64,000 nt of DNA from an uncultured Pseudobdellovibrionaceae bacterium (GCA_963803705.1 CAWDNU010000004.1:224001-288000); one strand, 5' to 3'; positions 9,690 through 20,161 are shown, counted from the first letter of the stretch. Program-made: numbers and translations. The notes: generated from the sequence alone by a model not told the origin.

Positions 9690-10945
9690 TGCAATCAAGA
9701 AAAAAGTCAGAGCGCGGGGTAGCACTTATGATTGCTTTGTTTTTCACAGCCTTGATTAGCTTTCTGCTTTTTGAAATTTCAAAAGAAACTTTGTACGAGT
9801 CCATTTCGGCTTCACAGAATATTCACGAGCTTCGCGCTTATTACGCGGCTAAAGCCGGCGAAGATGTAAGCTTACTTAGAATAAAAGCTTTCTTAACTAT
9901 AAAGAGTCAAATTGAAAGTGCAGGTGAAGTGGCCAAACCTTTTGCTGACAAGGCAAATATTATCTGGGAGTTTCCGTTTATGTGGCCTCCTATACTGCCT
10001 GAGGATGCTCCACTAAATGCTAAAAGTGAATTGCAAACTACTTTAAAAGAAACTTTGTTTAAAAAGGCCACTTACGCGCCACTAATAATAGATCTCGGAG
10101 GATTGATTGATATCAACAACTTAGATTCTCCATCTAAGACTCTGGCCGATTCCACAAAAAATTTGATTTTAGAAATCTATAGAAAAAGAATTGAAGAGGA
10201 TAATAATTTTTCGAGAATCTACAATATAGACGAAATTGAAACTGTCGTTAACAATATGATTGATTGGGTTGACGAAGATCAAGACGCCATCAATGGTGGA
10301 TCTGAATCTGCTATATACGCCTCTCGGCAGTTAAGAAATATTCCCCCTAACCAGCATTTTAAAGTGATAAACGAGCTTATGTTAGTTGAAGGTATGAACG
10401 AAGATCTATTCAAAGTGATAGAAACTTCGATCACTACCTTAGGTAACCCAGGTATAAACGTGAACTCTGCAGAAAAAGATGTGCTGATGTCCTTGGACCT
10501 ACAAATGAACGATGAAACCGCCGATGAAATTATCAAGCGTAGGCAAGATCCTGATCACGGACCCTTTAACGAGGCTTTATTTAAAGAATTGATCGAAGAG
10601 AAACTAGGAAGCTTTAGTGATTTTAATTCTAGCAAGATTCCAATACTATACTCTGCTATCGCAAATTTTAAGATTGAGAGCATAGGGATTTCTGGAAAAA
10701 TTACTAAGACAATCATTAGCCATGTCTATGACCAAACAGAATTACTAGAAGCTATGGTTTCAGGTCTTGAAAAAGCATATGAAGAGCAATATCCCACTTC
10801 AGGCTCTGCTGTAAGCCCAGAAAATGGACAGCAAAACCAAGTAGGAACAACGGGTGTGACTCAGCAGCCTAGCGAAGAAAAGAAGAAGCCTGCGCGAGTG
10901 ATACCATCGGGCCCGCCACCGGTTATGTACCGGAAAGTTATTTAA
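9686..10945 (+). CDS. gspK: Minor pseudopilin GspK
   Basis: RG|VALMIAL, IDINNL, IDWVDED, ELMLVEGM, INVNSA motifs. Confidence 0.88.
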   Translation: MMQSRKKSERGVALMIALFFTALISFLLFEISKETLYESISASQNIHELRAYYAAKAGEDVSLLRIKAFLTIKSQIESAGEVAKPFADKANIIWEFPFMWPPILPEDAPLNAKSELQTTLKETLFKKATYAPLIIDLGGLIDINNLDSPSKTLADSTKNLILEIYRKRIEEDNNFSRIYNIDEIETVVNNMIDWVDEDQDAINGGSESAIYASRQLRNIPPNQHFKVINELMLVEGMNEDLFKVIETSITTLGNPGINVNSAEKDVLMSLDLQMNDETADEIIKRRQDPDHGPFNEALFKELIEEKLGSFSDFNSSKIPILYSAIANFKIESIGISGKITKTIISHVYDQTELLEAMVSGLEKAYEEQYPTSGSAVSPENGQQNQVGTTGVTQQPSEEKKKPARVIPSGPPPVMYRKVI

Positions 10946-10956
10946 TATATTAGGCC

Positions 10957-11203
10957 GGGTTAGCTTCTTATTGAAAATTTTCATAAAAAAAGTGAAGAAG
11001 ATTATATCCTTCTCATAAAAACGCTCAGTCATACTTTGGCATTTTCCCTGCAAAATATATTGTAGCAGTAACTATTTCTTTAATTCAGGGATTTAATTCC
11101 AAAAATCTTTTAGCAGGTCTTCACGCCAAAGAGCTCGGTTTTTATGAGGAGGATATAATCTTCTTCACTTTTTTTATGAAAATTTTCAATAAGTAGCTAA
11201 CCC
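10957..11203 (+). repeat. Giant-hairpin family copy 3 (66-bp arms, 64/66 complementary)
   Basis: Arms 10957-11022 and 11138-11203; core GCTCAGTCATACTTTGGCAT..CCTGC...GCAGG..ACGCCAAAGAGCTCG. Confidence 0.93.
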
Positions 11204-11346
11204 TAAGGCTGATTGGGCGAAATCGAAGCGGGCGCTTCATCTACGGGGGTACTGTGTGGGGAATAAAGTAGTGGATAAGCAATGACTGTAGCTAAAAACA
11301 GTATGATCATAACTATAGATATCTTTTTTCTATTTGATTTTTGCAT
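11203..11346 (-). CDS. 47-aa single-TM small protein (below the ORF-track cutoff)
   Basis: MQKSNRKKISIVMIILFLATVIAYPLLYSPHSTPVDEAPASISPNQP with GGAG SD upstream. Confidence 0.55.
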   Translation of the reverse strand: MQKSNRKKISIVMIILFLATVIAYPLLYSPHSTPVDEAPASISPNQP

Positions 11347-11427
11347 TTCAATCTCCGAAATAGGCTAACAGATATTTTCTAGTTTGGACTTGGTTAGAAC
11401 TTCTTTCAAGTGGAATTTCTGCTAACT

Positions 11428-11443
11428 AGGCACAGATTTTGCT
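11428..11443 (+). promoter_or_regulatory. sigma54-type -24/-12 promoter
   Basis: AGGCACAGATTTTGCT, GG-N10-GC, upstream of ORF 11485. Confidence 0.55.
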
Positions 11444-11484
11444 AAAGTACGTTAGAAGTAAACTATTAACCAAGGAATTTAATA

Positions 11485-11862
11485 ATGAAAGCACTGTTTA
11501 TGTTTCTATGTATTCTTACAGCTATGGTGGCTTCGGCCAATACTTCGATTGTTGGAAGTTGGTGTGGACCAGATGACAACCGTGATACACCACAAAATAG
11601 GCGTTTTGAAATAATGGCAGATGGAACTTTAACGTTTACAGCAACTTTTCGTGGTTCTAATCTTGTTCAGAATGGCAGATGGCAGGACCGTGAAGCTGGA
11701 AGTGGTGTGATGTGGCACAAGATTATGTTTCCAAATTTCCCTATGGTTATTTCTAATTTCACTTTACGAGATGAGGGGCTTTATATTTACCCTCCTGGCA
11801 ATCCTAATTATATAAATGTAACTCTGCCATACATTCAGTGTGAGGATTTTTTAGGTATGTAA
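11485..11862 (+). CDS. Secreted hypothetical protein, possibly lipocalin-like beta protein
   Basis: Signal peptide, SIVGSW motif, AAGGA SD. Confidence 0.75.
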   Translation: MKALFMFLCILTAMVASANTSIVGSWCGPDDNRDTPQNRRFEIMADGTLTFTATFRGSNLVQNGRWQDREAGSGVMWHKIMFPNFPMVISNFTLRDEGLYIYPPGNPNYINVTLPYIQCEDFLGM

Positions 11863-12029
11863 TTTTGCACACTGAAGGCAATTGTTCCAGATGAACCACA
11901 GTGTCGGTTCGGTGGACTAAGTAAAATCATTAGCATGAAGTCTATAGACTATATAAGTCGAGAACTTATGACAAAAATTGTTGTTTTAATTTTTCAGGTG
12001 AAAATACTGAGGCAACAGGCCGCTATAAG

Positions 12030-12374
12030 CTATAGATTTAAGAACACAGCCTTAAAACTTTTTTTAAGGGTAGCAAGATCTTTTGAAGACAGAGTTCCAA
12101 TTTTTTCAATAATAATTTGATGATCTAGCGTAAATATCTTCATTCTGATGACTGAGGGCGCAGGTAAACCTGTAATTTTAAGGTTCTTTATTAATACATC
12201 ATTAGGCCACGACCTGTTTTTTTCACTTGTAATCATAGCACAAATACTGTGATTTATTTTTTTGTCAAACTTAAGTGAATGACTCAAAATAATAGCTGGT
12301 CTTTTTTTTGATTTACTTCTATCGGTGTAAGGAAAAGGTACAGTTATAACATCAAATTGCTCAAAGGGAGTCAT
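12030..12374 (-). CDS. PemK/MazF-family toxin
   Basis: DVITVPFPYTDRSKSKKRPAIILS and AMITS motifs. Confidence 0.9.
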   Translation of the reverse strand: MTPFEQFDVITVPFPYTDRSKSKKRPAIILSHSLKFDKKINHSICAMITSEKNRSWPNDVLIKNLKITGLPAPSVIRMKIFTLDHQIIIEKIGTLSSKDLATLKKSFKAVFLNL

Positions 12375-12585
12375 AAGCCTCGCTGTCTTCTTTGCTTGAC
12401 CATTCAGTAAGTGTTGATTCTAAGTATTTATGCCATTCGATATCTACCTTCGATATTTTTTTTATAACAACCACATCGTTCTCTATTTCCCAAACAATTC
12501 CGTCTCCAGATTTAAGATGAAGAAATTCTCTGATTTCTTTGGGAACAGTGGCTTGATATTTAGAAGTTAATTTAGAGGCTCTCAT
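12361..12585 (-). CDS. AbrB/MazE-family antitoxin
   Basis: SKLTSKYQATVPKEIREFLHLKSGD; overlaps the toxin start. Confidence 0.9.
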   Translation of the reverse strand: MRASKLTSKYQATVPKEIREFLHLKSGDGIVWEIENDVVVIKKISKVDIEWHKYLESTLTEWSSKEDSEAYDSL

Positions 12586-12594
12586 AGTTTTATA

Positions 12595-12617
12595 GTAATA
12601 CAGTATTACGTAATACT
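12595..12617 (-). promoter_or_regulatory. TA operator (overlapping palindromes) within a sigma70 promoter
   Basis: GTAATAC-A-GTATTAC and AGTATTACGTAATACT; minus strand TTGAGT-N17-TACTAT-6nt-ATG. Confidence 0.7.
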
Positions 12618-12900
12618 CAAGAATAAAAAGCTAAATATGCTTGAAACTCACTTAACAACACTAAGAACTAAGCTTTCTAAATATGGGATACAACTGAAAG
12701 CTATATTTCAAAAAAACCTCATATGTAAACCTCTAGGTGTTGGTATTAAATTTAAAATTCACCCATTTTATACTTAGCGCTACAAGCCATTCACCTGCAT
12801 TTAGCGACGCCCAAACCAAAGCCCAGGGACGGTCAAATCATTCAAAATTCTTTAATGATTCTATGATTGATTCAGTTATACTGATCAAAAGGCGGGTTCA

Positions 12901-14577
12901 TTGAGATCTATTGGTATTGATATCGGAAGTTTCAGCATAAAAGTGGCCGAGGTTCTTGCCACTTCTAAGTCCGTCCAGCTTATGGGCTTTAAAGAGTATC
13001 ATCTTAGCCAAGATCCTGCCGCTGACAAAGATATCGAAATTTTAGAAATTTTAAGACAGGTTCGTGAGCAAAATCGTGCTGTCACTGATCTGACTTACTG
13101 CATAGGCTTACCAACAATACAAAGTAGCTTACACAGGTTGGCGCAACCTCCTGCGCCTAGGTTTAAACTTCTAGAAAGCTTGCCTTTTGTGCTATCCGAT
13201 ATGACTCCGCTGGATCCAGAAGACGCAATTTATGACCTGAAGATACTTAAAACGCACCCCAACGGTTATGATGCGCTAGCTGTAGCCGCAAAAAAAGAAG
13301 TTATAAAAAAAAGGCTTCAGGTTTTTAAAGATGCTGGCATTGAACCAAAAATTCTGAGCGTAGAAGGTTTAGCCTTAAATAATGTGTTCGAAAACATATT
13401 TGGGGGCATCGAAAAGTCTTTAGAACCTCTATTTTTCGAGGATGACATTGATGAAGATGATCTAGGTTTAGAAACCAAGTATACTCAAGGTGAAGCCTTA
13501 TTAGAAATTGGACATAAGTCTTCGATTCTTTTGGTAAGAAGCTCTGGCGGGTTAGCTGAAATTAGGGAGCTTAGCTTTGGCGGTCACTATCTTGCAGATG
13601 CTTTGTGCCAGGAGTACCGAATTCACTATAAAGAAGCCATAAGCATGCTGCAAAACCAGGGTGCACTGGCACTCAATAAAGCGGATTTATCTAAGGATAT
13701 CCTGCGGTTATCTGACACTCTTAAACATTCTCTTCAACCCTTTTTGACTCAGTTAAAACTCTCATTACTTGAAATTAAAAGTAAACGTCACGTTCACGTC
13801 GCAGGAATCGGACTTTTAGGTGGTGGCTCGCAGCTTAGAAACTTAGGCCCTTACATCACACAAAACCTGCAAGTGGCCGCAAATAATTTAACAGAGCTCA
13901 ACCAATTCCCCGAGCTTAGCTTTCAGGGCGATAATGCTAAACAGCTAAATGTTATAGTTGCACTTGGGCTAGCCTTAGAAGGAGTTCGAAAGCCAAAGAA
14001 TCCAGCCATTAATTTTAGGCGAAAAGAGTTTGCGATTAAAAACAAAACTTTAGAAGCTTTCGTAGAAACCTGGTCCTACTCACTGCAAATTTTGGCAGCA
14101 TCTTTTATTCTAATGATAATTTGGACTTTTCTAAGAACACAGTGGGCCGTTCAATTAGCTGACATATCTTATGATACGATGAAGGACCAGGGCGCTCAAA
14201 TCTTAGGACTAAAGAGAGCTCAGATAAACACAACCCGACTTAATAGATACATTAGAGACGCGGAACAAAGAGCAAATTTAATTGAAAAGCTTAAAGAACT
14301 TAAAAATTACAAACAGGCTGCGTTTTATATTCGAAAGTTGCACGACCAGGCTCCCAACAAGCAACGGCTTTCTTTAGATATCGAGCTCTTAGATGTCAGC
14401 GACAGAAAATTGACCTTAAAAGGAACTGTTGGCTCGACGGGTCAGCTATTGGCTTTAGAAAATCTTTTGAAAGAACTTTCAACAAAAAATAAATTGCAGC
14501 AAAAAAAAGTTCTTGAAGCCAGCAACGGAAGAACCCCATTTAACTATCAGATTCAAATTCATCCTTTAAAAAATTAG
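12901..14577 (+). CDS. gspL: GspL/PilM-like actin-fold T2SS protein
   Basis: IGIDIGSFSIKVAE, LEIGH, LLGGGSQL, INFRR then TM segment. Confidence 0.8.
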   Translation: MRSIGIDIGSFSIKVAEVLATSKSVQLMGFKEYHLSQDPAADKDIEILEILRQVREQNRAVTDLTYCIGLPTIQSSLHRLAQPPAPRFKLLESLPFVLSDMTPLDPEDAIYDLKILKTHPNGYDALAVAAKKEVIKKRLQVFKDAGIEPKILSVEGLALNNVFENIFGGIEKSLEPLFFEDDIDEDDLGLETKYTQGEALLEIGHKSSILLVRSSGGLAEIRELSFGGHYLADALCQEYRIHYKEAISMLQNQGALALNKADLSKDILRLSDTLKHSLQPFLTQLKLSLLEIKSKRHVHVAGIGLLGGGSQLRNLGPYITQNLQVAANNLTELNQFPELSFQGDNAKQLNVIVALGLALEGVRKPKNPAINFRRKEFAIKNKTLEAFVETWSYSLQILAASFILMIIWTFLRTQWAVQLADISYDTMKDQGAQILGLKRAQINTTRLNRYIRDAEQRANLIEKLKELKNYKQAAFYIRKLHDQAPNKQRLSLDIELLDVSDRKLTLKGTVGSTGQLLALENLLKELSTKNKLQQKKVLEASNGRTPFNYQIQIHPLKN

Positions 14578-14601
14578 TAAAACAGGAGATGATAATTCCC
14601 T

Positions 14602-15249
14602 ATGGCCTTCGAGAATTTATCAGAACAAATCAAAGAATCCTTTTCGGGTATTAAGTCTCAGATCACTGAAAGTGAATCTTTTAATAGAGTTAGCGAGGCA
14701 TACAACAATCTACCCTCTCGCCAGCAAAAACTTATTATTATTTTGGGATCTTTGATAACTTTAATATTGCTGCTGAATATACCTATTCAAGCGTTTATAA
14801 AATCTAATCAGCAGCTTCAAACCTACAAAGAACAAAAACAAATTGTTGAAAGACTGAAAGTTACTGAAAAGGCTAAAAGCCAAACCGACTTTGAACCACA
14901 ACAGTTCACTAAAGTCACTTTGCAACGGGAGCTTTTAAATCAAATGCGAACATTTCAGGTTTCGGATGAACAGTTCCAAATTTCTTCTACTCCACCCGAT
15001 CTACTTGGAATACCTAAACAGGCCGTCACCCAAGGCTACAAACTAAACCTTGCTAATTTAAATGTCAGGCAAATCTCAAGAGTTTCAAGTTTAATAGAAA
15101 ACTTTAGTGATTCGATACTAATTACCGGTTTCAGATCTGCTGCTAGTCCTGAAGATCCACATTACTTCAACACTGAATTTAAACTGCTAAACTACTCTAC
15201 GCCACAAAGTGAGACTGAATCCAGTCCCTCGTCGCTTCGGGGACGCTAG
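14602..15249 (+). CDS. GspM-like protein
   Basis: LPSRQQ before a single TM; position between gspL and gspN. Confidence 0.6.
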   Translation: MAFENLSEQIKESFSGIKSQITESESFNRVSEAYNNLPSRQQKLIIILGSLITLILLLNIPIQAFIKSNQQLQTYKEQKQIVERLKVTEKAKSQTDFEPQQFTKVTLQRELLNQMRTFQVSDEQFQISSTPPDLLGIPKQAVTQGYKLNLANLNVRQISRVSSLIENFSDSILITGFRSAASPEDPHYFNTEFKLLNYSTPQSETESSPSSLRGR

Positions 15250-16253
15250 TGGATAATTTAAGAACTTATATTTTAGATCCCATACTTAATATTTTTAGAT
15301 TCCATAAGTTTAAAATTTTTTTTGTATTATTTGCTACCATTATTTTTTATGTTTTATTTTTTCCCTATCATCAGTTGTCGAGTCTAATTGAAAACCAAAT
15401 TAGCAAATCTAGCCGGGGTCAGCTTCAAGTTTCATTCACTGACTTAAGCTTAAGTATAGTGCCCTTTGGTATTTCGGCTGAAAACGTATCAATATTTATG
15501 CCTAGCTTACCTTCACCACTTTTCGTTAAAAAAGCATATATACGGCCATCCATAGCCGATCTTTTGAGATTTAAAAAAGGTGGCGTTTTAATTGCTGAAA
15601 ATATGTGGGGAGGACTTTTGAACTTGCAGTTTTCAGACCTTGGGCAAGGGACATCAAATAATAAGCAAGCTCAAATGGTTAGAATAGGTGCTCGTTTTGA
15701 AAACATAGACTTAAATAAATTGGCTAATTGGTACAAGGCTCCATTTAGCACCGCTGGCTCTATTTCTGGACAAATCAATATGACTTTGGACCAAAAAGCT
15801 TTCGAACAGCCGGAAGGCGCTTTTTCCATCCAAGGGTCTAATATTAAACTTCCATCGACAGTCAAAGTTATGCAAATGGATTTGGTTTTACCCTCAGGGC
15901 GATGGAAAAGCTTAGACTTGAAGGGCAAAATTGCAGCTGGACAATTTACTTTGTTAGAAAGTCGTTTAGGTGCACCGAGCGACGTGATCAATGGTCGAAT
16001 AAAAGGTAACATGGGTTTAACTTTTAGATCTTTGGGTGGACGGTTAACTCCTCGAGCATCTCAGTATGATTTTTCTTTGGATTTAAATTTAGACAAGGTT
16101 TCCGAGCAAAAGATTGGAACTTTGTTAAGCACGGTGCTTCTGAATGGCAAGGGTGGTAAATCCCCTACTGTCGACGGAGGCGCGCGTTATTTGCTTGGAC
16201 TTAAGGGATTTCCGGGTTCGAGCCCAAATATCGAACCATTGTCGGCTTTTTAG
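15249..16253 (+). CDS. gspN: Type II secretion protein GspN-like
   Basis: TM then FFPY, beta-rich body; operon position. Confidence 0.7.
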   Translation: MDNLRTYILDPILNIFRFHKFKIFFVLFATIIFYVLFFPYHQLSSLIENQISKSSRGQLQVSFTDLSLSIVPFGISAENVSIFMPSLPSPLFVKKAYIRPSIADLLRFKKGGVLIAENMWGGLLNLQFSDLGQGTSNNKQAQMVRIGARFENIDLNKLANWYKAPFSTAGSISGQINMTLDQKAFEQPEGAFSIQGSNIKLPSTVKVMQMDLVLPSGRWKSLDLKGKIAAGQFTLLESRLGAPSDVINGRIKGNMGLTFRSLGGRLTPRASQYDFSLDLNLDKVSEQKIGTLLSTVLLNGKGGKSPTVDGGARYLLGLKGFPGSSPNIEPLSAF

Positions 16254-16340
16254 CATTGATGCACCGTTGATGTTCTGACATTGTGATTGCTATCTACACC
16301 CCGAACTCAATAAACTACTAGCTTAAAAGGGAGCAATTAT

Positions 16341-16784
16341 ATGTCTGGAATTAATAAAGTTATGATTATTGGCCGTTTAGGATCTGATCCTGAAGTTAAA
16401 ACGATCTCTACCGGAAGCACTGTCACAAGGTTAAGTATCGCGACCAGTGAAAACTGGGTTGATAAAGAGGGTCAAAAACAAGAGCGTACAGAATGGCACC
16501 GCGTGGTTGTTTGGGGCAAACTAGCTGAACTTTGTGGAAAGTACTTGGCTAAAGGCAGACAAGCCTACGTTGAAGGTCGCTTACAAACTCGTTCATGGGA
16601 AGACCAGCAAGGTCAGAAGAAATATACAACAGAAGTTGTTGCTTCTACCGTGCAATTTTTGGGCTCTACTCAAGGTGCTTCACAAGATGCAGGTGGACAA
16701 AGTGCTTCTAGTGGATCTTCAAATCCGTTTGATGACTTTGGACCGGAACCTTCCTTCAATAGCTCTGAAGAGATTCCATTTTAG
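16341..16784 (+). CDS. ssb: Single-stranded DNA-binding protein
   Basis: INKVMIIGRLGSDPE, TEWHRVV, C-terminal EEIPF. Confidence 0.97.
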   Translation: MSGINKVMIIGRLGSDPEVKTISTGSTVTRLSIATSENWVDKEGQKQERTEWHRVVVWGKLAELCGKYLAKGRQAYVEGRLQTRSWEDQQGQKKYTTEVVASTVQFLGSTQGASQDAGGQSASSGSSNPFDDFGPEPSFNSSEEIPF

Positions 16785-16840
16785 AAAAAAAAATCTATAA
16801 ACAACTAACACCTGTTGGATGTTTGAAATCTAAATCATCA

Positions 16841-16878
16841 AAATAAAAAAGACGTCTTGTAAGACGTCTTTTTTATTT
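16841..16878 (+). terminator. Intrinsic terminator after ssb
   Basis: AAAAAAGACGTCTT-GT-AAGACGTCTTTTTT. Confidence 0.85.
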
Positions 16879-17020
16879 CTAAATCCAGCCAGCAAATCCT
16901 TATGCCAAGGCTAGAATTTCTAAGCTAAATTGATATCTTTTTTCTTTTCTGATTCAATGGGAGTGTGACTACAATTTTTTAAATATAGATTAAAGGTTTT
17001 TTCATCCAGGAGCTTTCAAC

Positions 17021-17959
17021 ATGAAATTAACGCCCAAATTCACACTAGTACTGATGGTTTTGTTTCTACTAAATGCTTTTAACGATGTGTTTGCAGCTCA
17101 GGTTGCTGCCGTTAAGGGAAAAAAAGTTTTAGTGATGGGTGATGATCTGGAAACCAACGGTCTTTACTACGTTGTAGAGCGTGGAAAGAAAAAAGGTATA
17201 ATCAAAGTTCTGAAAATAAAGGGCAGAAAGGCACTAGCCAAACTACTTAAAGGTCGGGCAGGCAAGGGCTTTAGTCTGGTTTATAGACCCAGAAAATCTA
17301 AATCAAGAAACCAAGTAGCTAAAAAAAGCCAAACTCCTTCTACGAAAAACTATGATAAATATTCCGAGACACCTTCAACAAGCTTTGATAATTCTTCAAA
17401 CTATAAATCCAATTATAGGTCTAGCCGCAAAAAGTCCTTTAGCTTAGGAGGCCTACTTGCCTACCAGCAAAACAGTGCGTCTGTGAACTATACATCTGGT
17501 AGCTCTGATTCACTTTCTGGGTCATCAATAGGCTTTAAAGTTTTTGGGGACTACCCCCTAAATAAAAAAATTAATTTGCGTGGTGAATTTGGAACTATAC
17601 CATTCAACGCAGAGGTTGCATCAAACAACTGTGGTGGTTCAACCTGTTCAATGGCCATCAGCTACTTAGGAGCGACTCTGTGGGCTAGGTATATGTTTAA
17701 CCCAGAGACAGCTAAAACCCGTTTTTGGGGTGGAGCAAGTGCCAGTTTGATCTTCCCGACCGGAACTGGTGACACCAATGCAGTCAACGCAGATGATGTG
17801 GGTAGCACTTTGATTTTCGGTTTAGGTGGTGGATTAGATTATAATATCAATGAAAAGTACTATATCCCTGTATCATTAGAATACACTTTGTTTCCACCGA
17901 ACGACGAGGTCTCTGCTAACATCATCGGCATTAAAGCTGGCCTTGGAATGAGGCTTTAA
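17021..17959 (+). CDS. Outer-membrane beta-barrel protein with basic N-terminal domain
   Basis: Signal peptide, alternating beta strands, FGLGGGLDY, C-terminal KAGLGMRL. Confidence 0.7.
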   Translation: MKLTPKFTLVLMVLFLLNAFNDVFAAQVAAVKGKKVLVMGDDLETNGLYYVVERGKKKGIIKVLKIKGRKALAKLLKGRAGKGFSLVYRPRKSKSRNQVAKKSQTPSTKNYDKYSETPSTSFDNSSNYKSNYRSSRKKSFSLGGLLAYQQNSASVNYTSGSSDSLSGSSIGFKVFGDYPLNKKINLRGEFGTIPFNAEVASNNCGGSTCSMAISYLGATLWARYMFNPETAKTRFWGGASASLIFPTGTGDTNAVNADDVGSTLIFGLGGGLDYNINEKYYIPVSLEYTLFPPNDEVSANIIGIKAGLGMRL

Positions 17960-17980
17960 TTAGATTAATATTATAGAGTA

Positions 17981-18880
17981 ATGAATTTACGCTTTATTAT
18001 ATTCTTTATCTTTACTTCTTTTTACTTCTTGCCACTGCAGGCACAAGAGCTTGGTAACAGCGAAGAGGCATACTACCCGTCACCAGTTATAGTGAGTCCC
18101 CGTCCTCGAACAAAGCCACCCGCGCCCAAGCGTGCGACTTTAAGCCCTGAAACTAGTGCAAGACCTCTTATTAAACCTGGGCCCCTAAAAGAATTAACTG
18201 CAATCCAAGCCGCATCCTTAAAGTCTTTGGCTTGCCCGGGTGGTGAATTTTGCCCTGGACCTTTTCAAAACTTTAAAAAGGATGGTCAATTTTTTAACCC
18301 CTTATGTTCTGAGTTTATCACCGAACAAGGCGAATACGGCGAAACGGGCATAATGATGTTAGAAGCTATGGGACAAGTGCAATCAACAAATCAGAAAAAC
18401 CCTTACAAGTCCGCTTATAAAAACTGTGATTTTAGAAAGAACTTTGACTTTGGCAGAGCCTGTCCTAACTTTAAATACTTGTCCCCTTTGCAAAAGGATC
18501 ATGTATGGGTCTGGCTGTGGGCTTCAGTTTCTCAAGCAGAATCTAGCTGTGATCCGGCTGTAGATGCAGAAGGGATAGATAATTTGGAACTTGGTCGAAA
18601 AAATATAGCTGATGGCCTGTTCGGCCTAGAATATTCTGAAGACACCAGAAAAGTTAACGACCGTGACCCTAGGTTTTGCCCGCACAGAGAAGAACCAGAA
18701 GAATTTGGTGGAACCAAAAACTTGTACTTCCAATCTAGGTGCGCAGCCTCAATTATGTTTAATCGACAATGTGGTAAAAGTGTAGTCAATTCGGGTAGTT
18801 ACTGGGAGCAACTTTTAACTAATCAACGAAAAGTTTTTGAACTTATGCAAAGGCACCCATTATGCAAAACTGCTCGTTAA
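17981..18880 (+). CDS. Secreted Cys-rich protein with lysozyme/lytic-transglycosylase-like motif
   Basis: Signal peptide; SQAESSCDP...ADGLFGL resembles SLT ES and GLxQ motifs. Confidence 0.5.
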   Translation: MNLRFIIFFIFTSFYFLPLQAQELGNSEEAYYPSPVIVSPRPRTKPPAPKRATLSPETSARPLIKPGPLKELTAIQAASLKSLACPGGEFCPGPFQNFKKDGQFFNPLCSEFITEQGEYGETGIMMLEAMGQVQSTNQKNPYKSAYKNCDFRKNFDFGRACPNFKYLSPLQKDHVWVWLWASVSQAESSCDPAVDAEGIDNLELGRKNIADGLFGLEYSEDTRKVNDRDPRFCPHREEPEEFGGTKNLYFQSRCAASIMFNRQCGKSVVNSGSYWEQLLTNQRKVFELMQRHPLCKTAR

Positions 18881-19425
18881 GTCGTAAGCCGTTAACTGAG
18901 TTTGCAAAAGCAGTGTTCAAAGGTGGCTTTCTTTCAAGCTATACATTTTTTAGCACGGTGTTTTGTAATTCTGTATTTGCCGAACCCCCAAAGAATCCAC
19001 CATTAGCTATAGATATGAAAGTCGGGCCACTACCTTATGAAGTACTTAATTTTAATAAAGGAATTTATAAAAAAACTTTCGGTCCTGATAATTGTATTGA
19101 AGGTGAATACAGAATGCTTAAAGAGCCAAAGACTGGAAGAGTCTTTTTAAGAACTTCAAAAGGCGTGTTGGTGGATCATTTAGACCAACGAGTTAAAAAT
19201 CGAATAGAAAAAGATTGCTCATTTATATATTTCAATTTGATCAACGGTAAAAACGAACTAGAAAGCACCGAAATTCAGAGCTGTAAAGAGCCTTTGTTAG
19301 TTTCAAACATTAGAACTTTAAAAGTTAAGTTTGAGGACAACAAAATACACTACGTATTTATTGCCAAGGACCCGTTAAAAGAGACTTCAAAAAAAACAAA
19401 TTGCGAGCTTGAAAGACAGAACTAG
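18862..19425 (+). CDS. Secreted hypothetical protein
   Basis: 187-aa ORF with signal-like segment ending VFA; paired Cys. Confidence 0.6.
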   Translation: MQNCSLSRKPLTEFAKAVFKGGFLSSYTFFSTVFCNSVFAEPPKNPPLAIDMKVGPLPYEVLNFNKGIYKKTFGPDNCIEGEYRMLKEPKTGRVFLRTSKGVLVDHLDQRVKNRIEKDCSFIYFNLINGKNELESTEIQSCKEPLLVSNIRTLKVKFEDNKIHYVFIAKDPLKETSKKTNCELERQN

Positions 19426-19680
19426 CTTTCTTTTTTTAAGAGTGTAAGAAATTTTGTGTATAGGCGGATATCGCCACTTCTTGATCCAAATCTCTATCAA
19501 GCTAAGAATATGAGCGCAATATTTTTCGAGTGTCGTGGCAAAATTTCAAATATAAATTAGCCCAATTTCCAGAGTTATGGCCCAATTTTAAGCCTTCTAG
19601 CTGATACTTATAGGCATAATAGAACGCTGAAAGATCAGACCAAAACCAAGGGGTTATAAGTACAATTGCTGGATTGCAAT

Positions 19681-20001
19681 TTACTTTCTCAAGCAAATAA
19701 CATCTGCAGAATGAATTGTTGTCCAATTTATTTCACCACCGAATTCAGATATATCAACTTTATTCAAATAATTTTCTTTAATTATAGTTAGTAAATCCCT
19801 ATCTAGTGGTGAATTGCCAATTTGGATAATTTCTATGGTTAACCCTCTTTCAATAGCCTTTTCCATTTGATTGCCTTTCACTAAATTCTTAGCTTCAGAT
19901 ATAACAGTGGGCATAGAGCAACTGTATACTGTCAAATCAGAGGCGCCAAATGCACTCTGACCTAAGGACAACAGAGAGACTAATAATAGAATTTTTTTCA
20001 T
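19681..20001 (-). CDS. Small secreted hypothetical protein (passenger of IS256 element B)
   Basis: MKKILLLVSLLSLGQSAFG signal peptide; AAGGA SD; mature part unlike ORF 250. Confidence 0.8.
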   Translation of the reverse strand: MKKILLLVSLLSLGQSAFGASDLTVYSCSMPTVISEAKNLVKGNQMEKAIERGLTIEIIQIGNSPLDRDLLTIIKENYLNKVDISEFGGEINWTTIHSADVICLRK

Positions 20002-20161
20002 TTTTACTTCCTTTGTTAAGTTCGGTCTAACTTAAGCAAAACTCATGCTCAAAAAAATAATGCTTCAAATCAAATTAAACTCACAAAGACACATTAAAAC
20101 CGACAAAAAAGCGTTTTCGTCGGTACCAAAATTGTCACTTTTTTGGTTTTAGCCCTAACTA

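Noticed and set aside
19502..19726. ORF in the conserved IS256 downstream segment
   Set aside because: The homologous segment at 606-817 has a stop and frameshift in that frame; substitutions show no clear codon bias.
19653..20030. Integron gene cassette (GTTAGAC before cargo B, TTATAAC after it)
   Set aside because: The sites are not complementary, no attC-like hairpin follows, cargo A lacks equivalent sites and no IntI is present.
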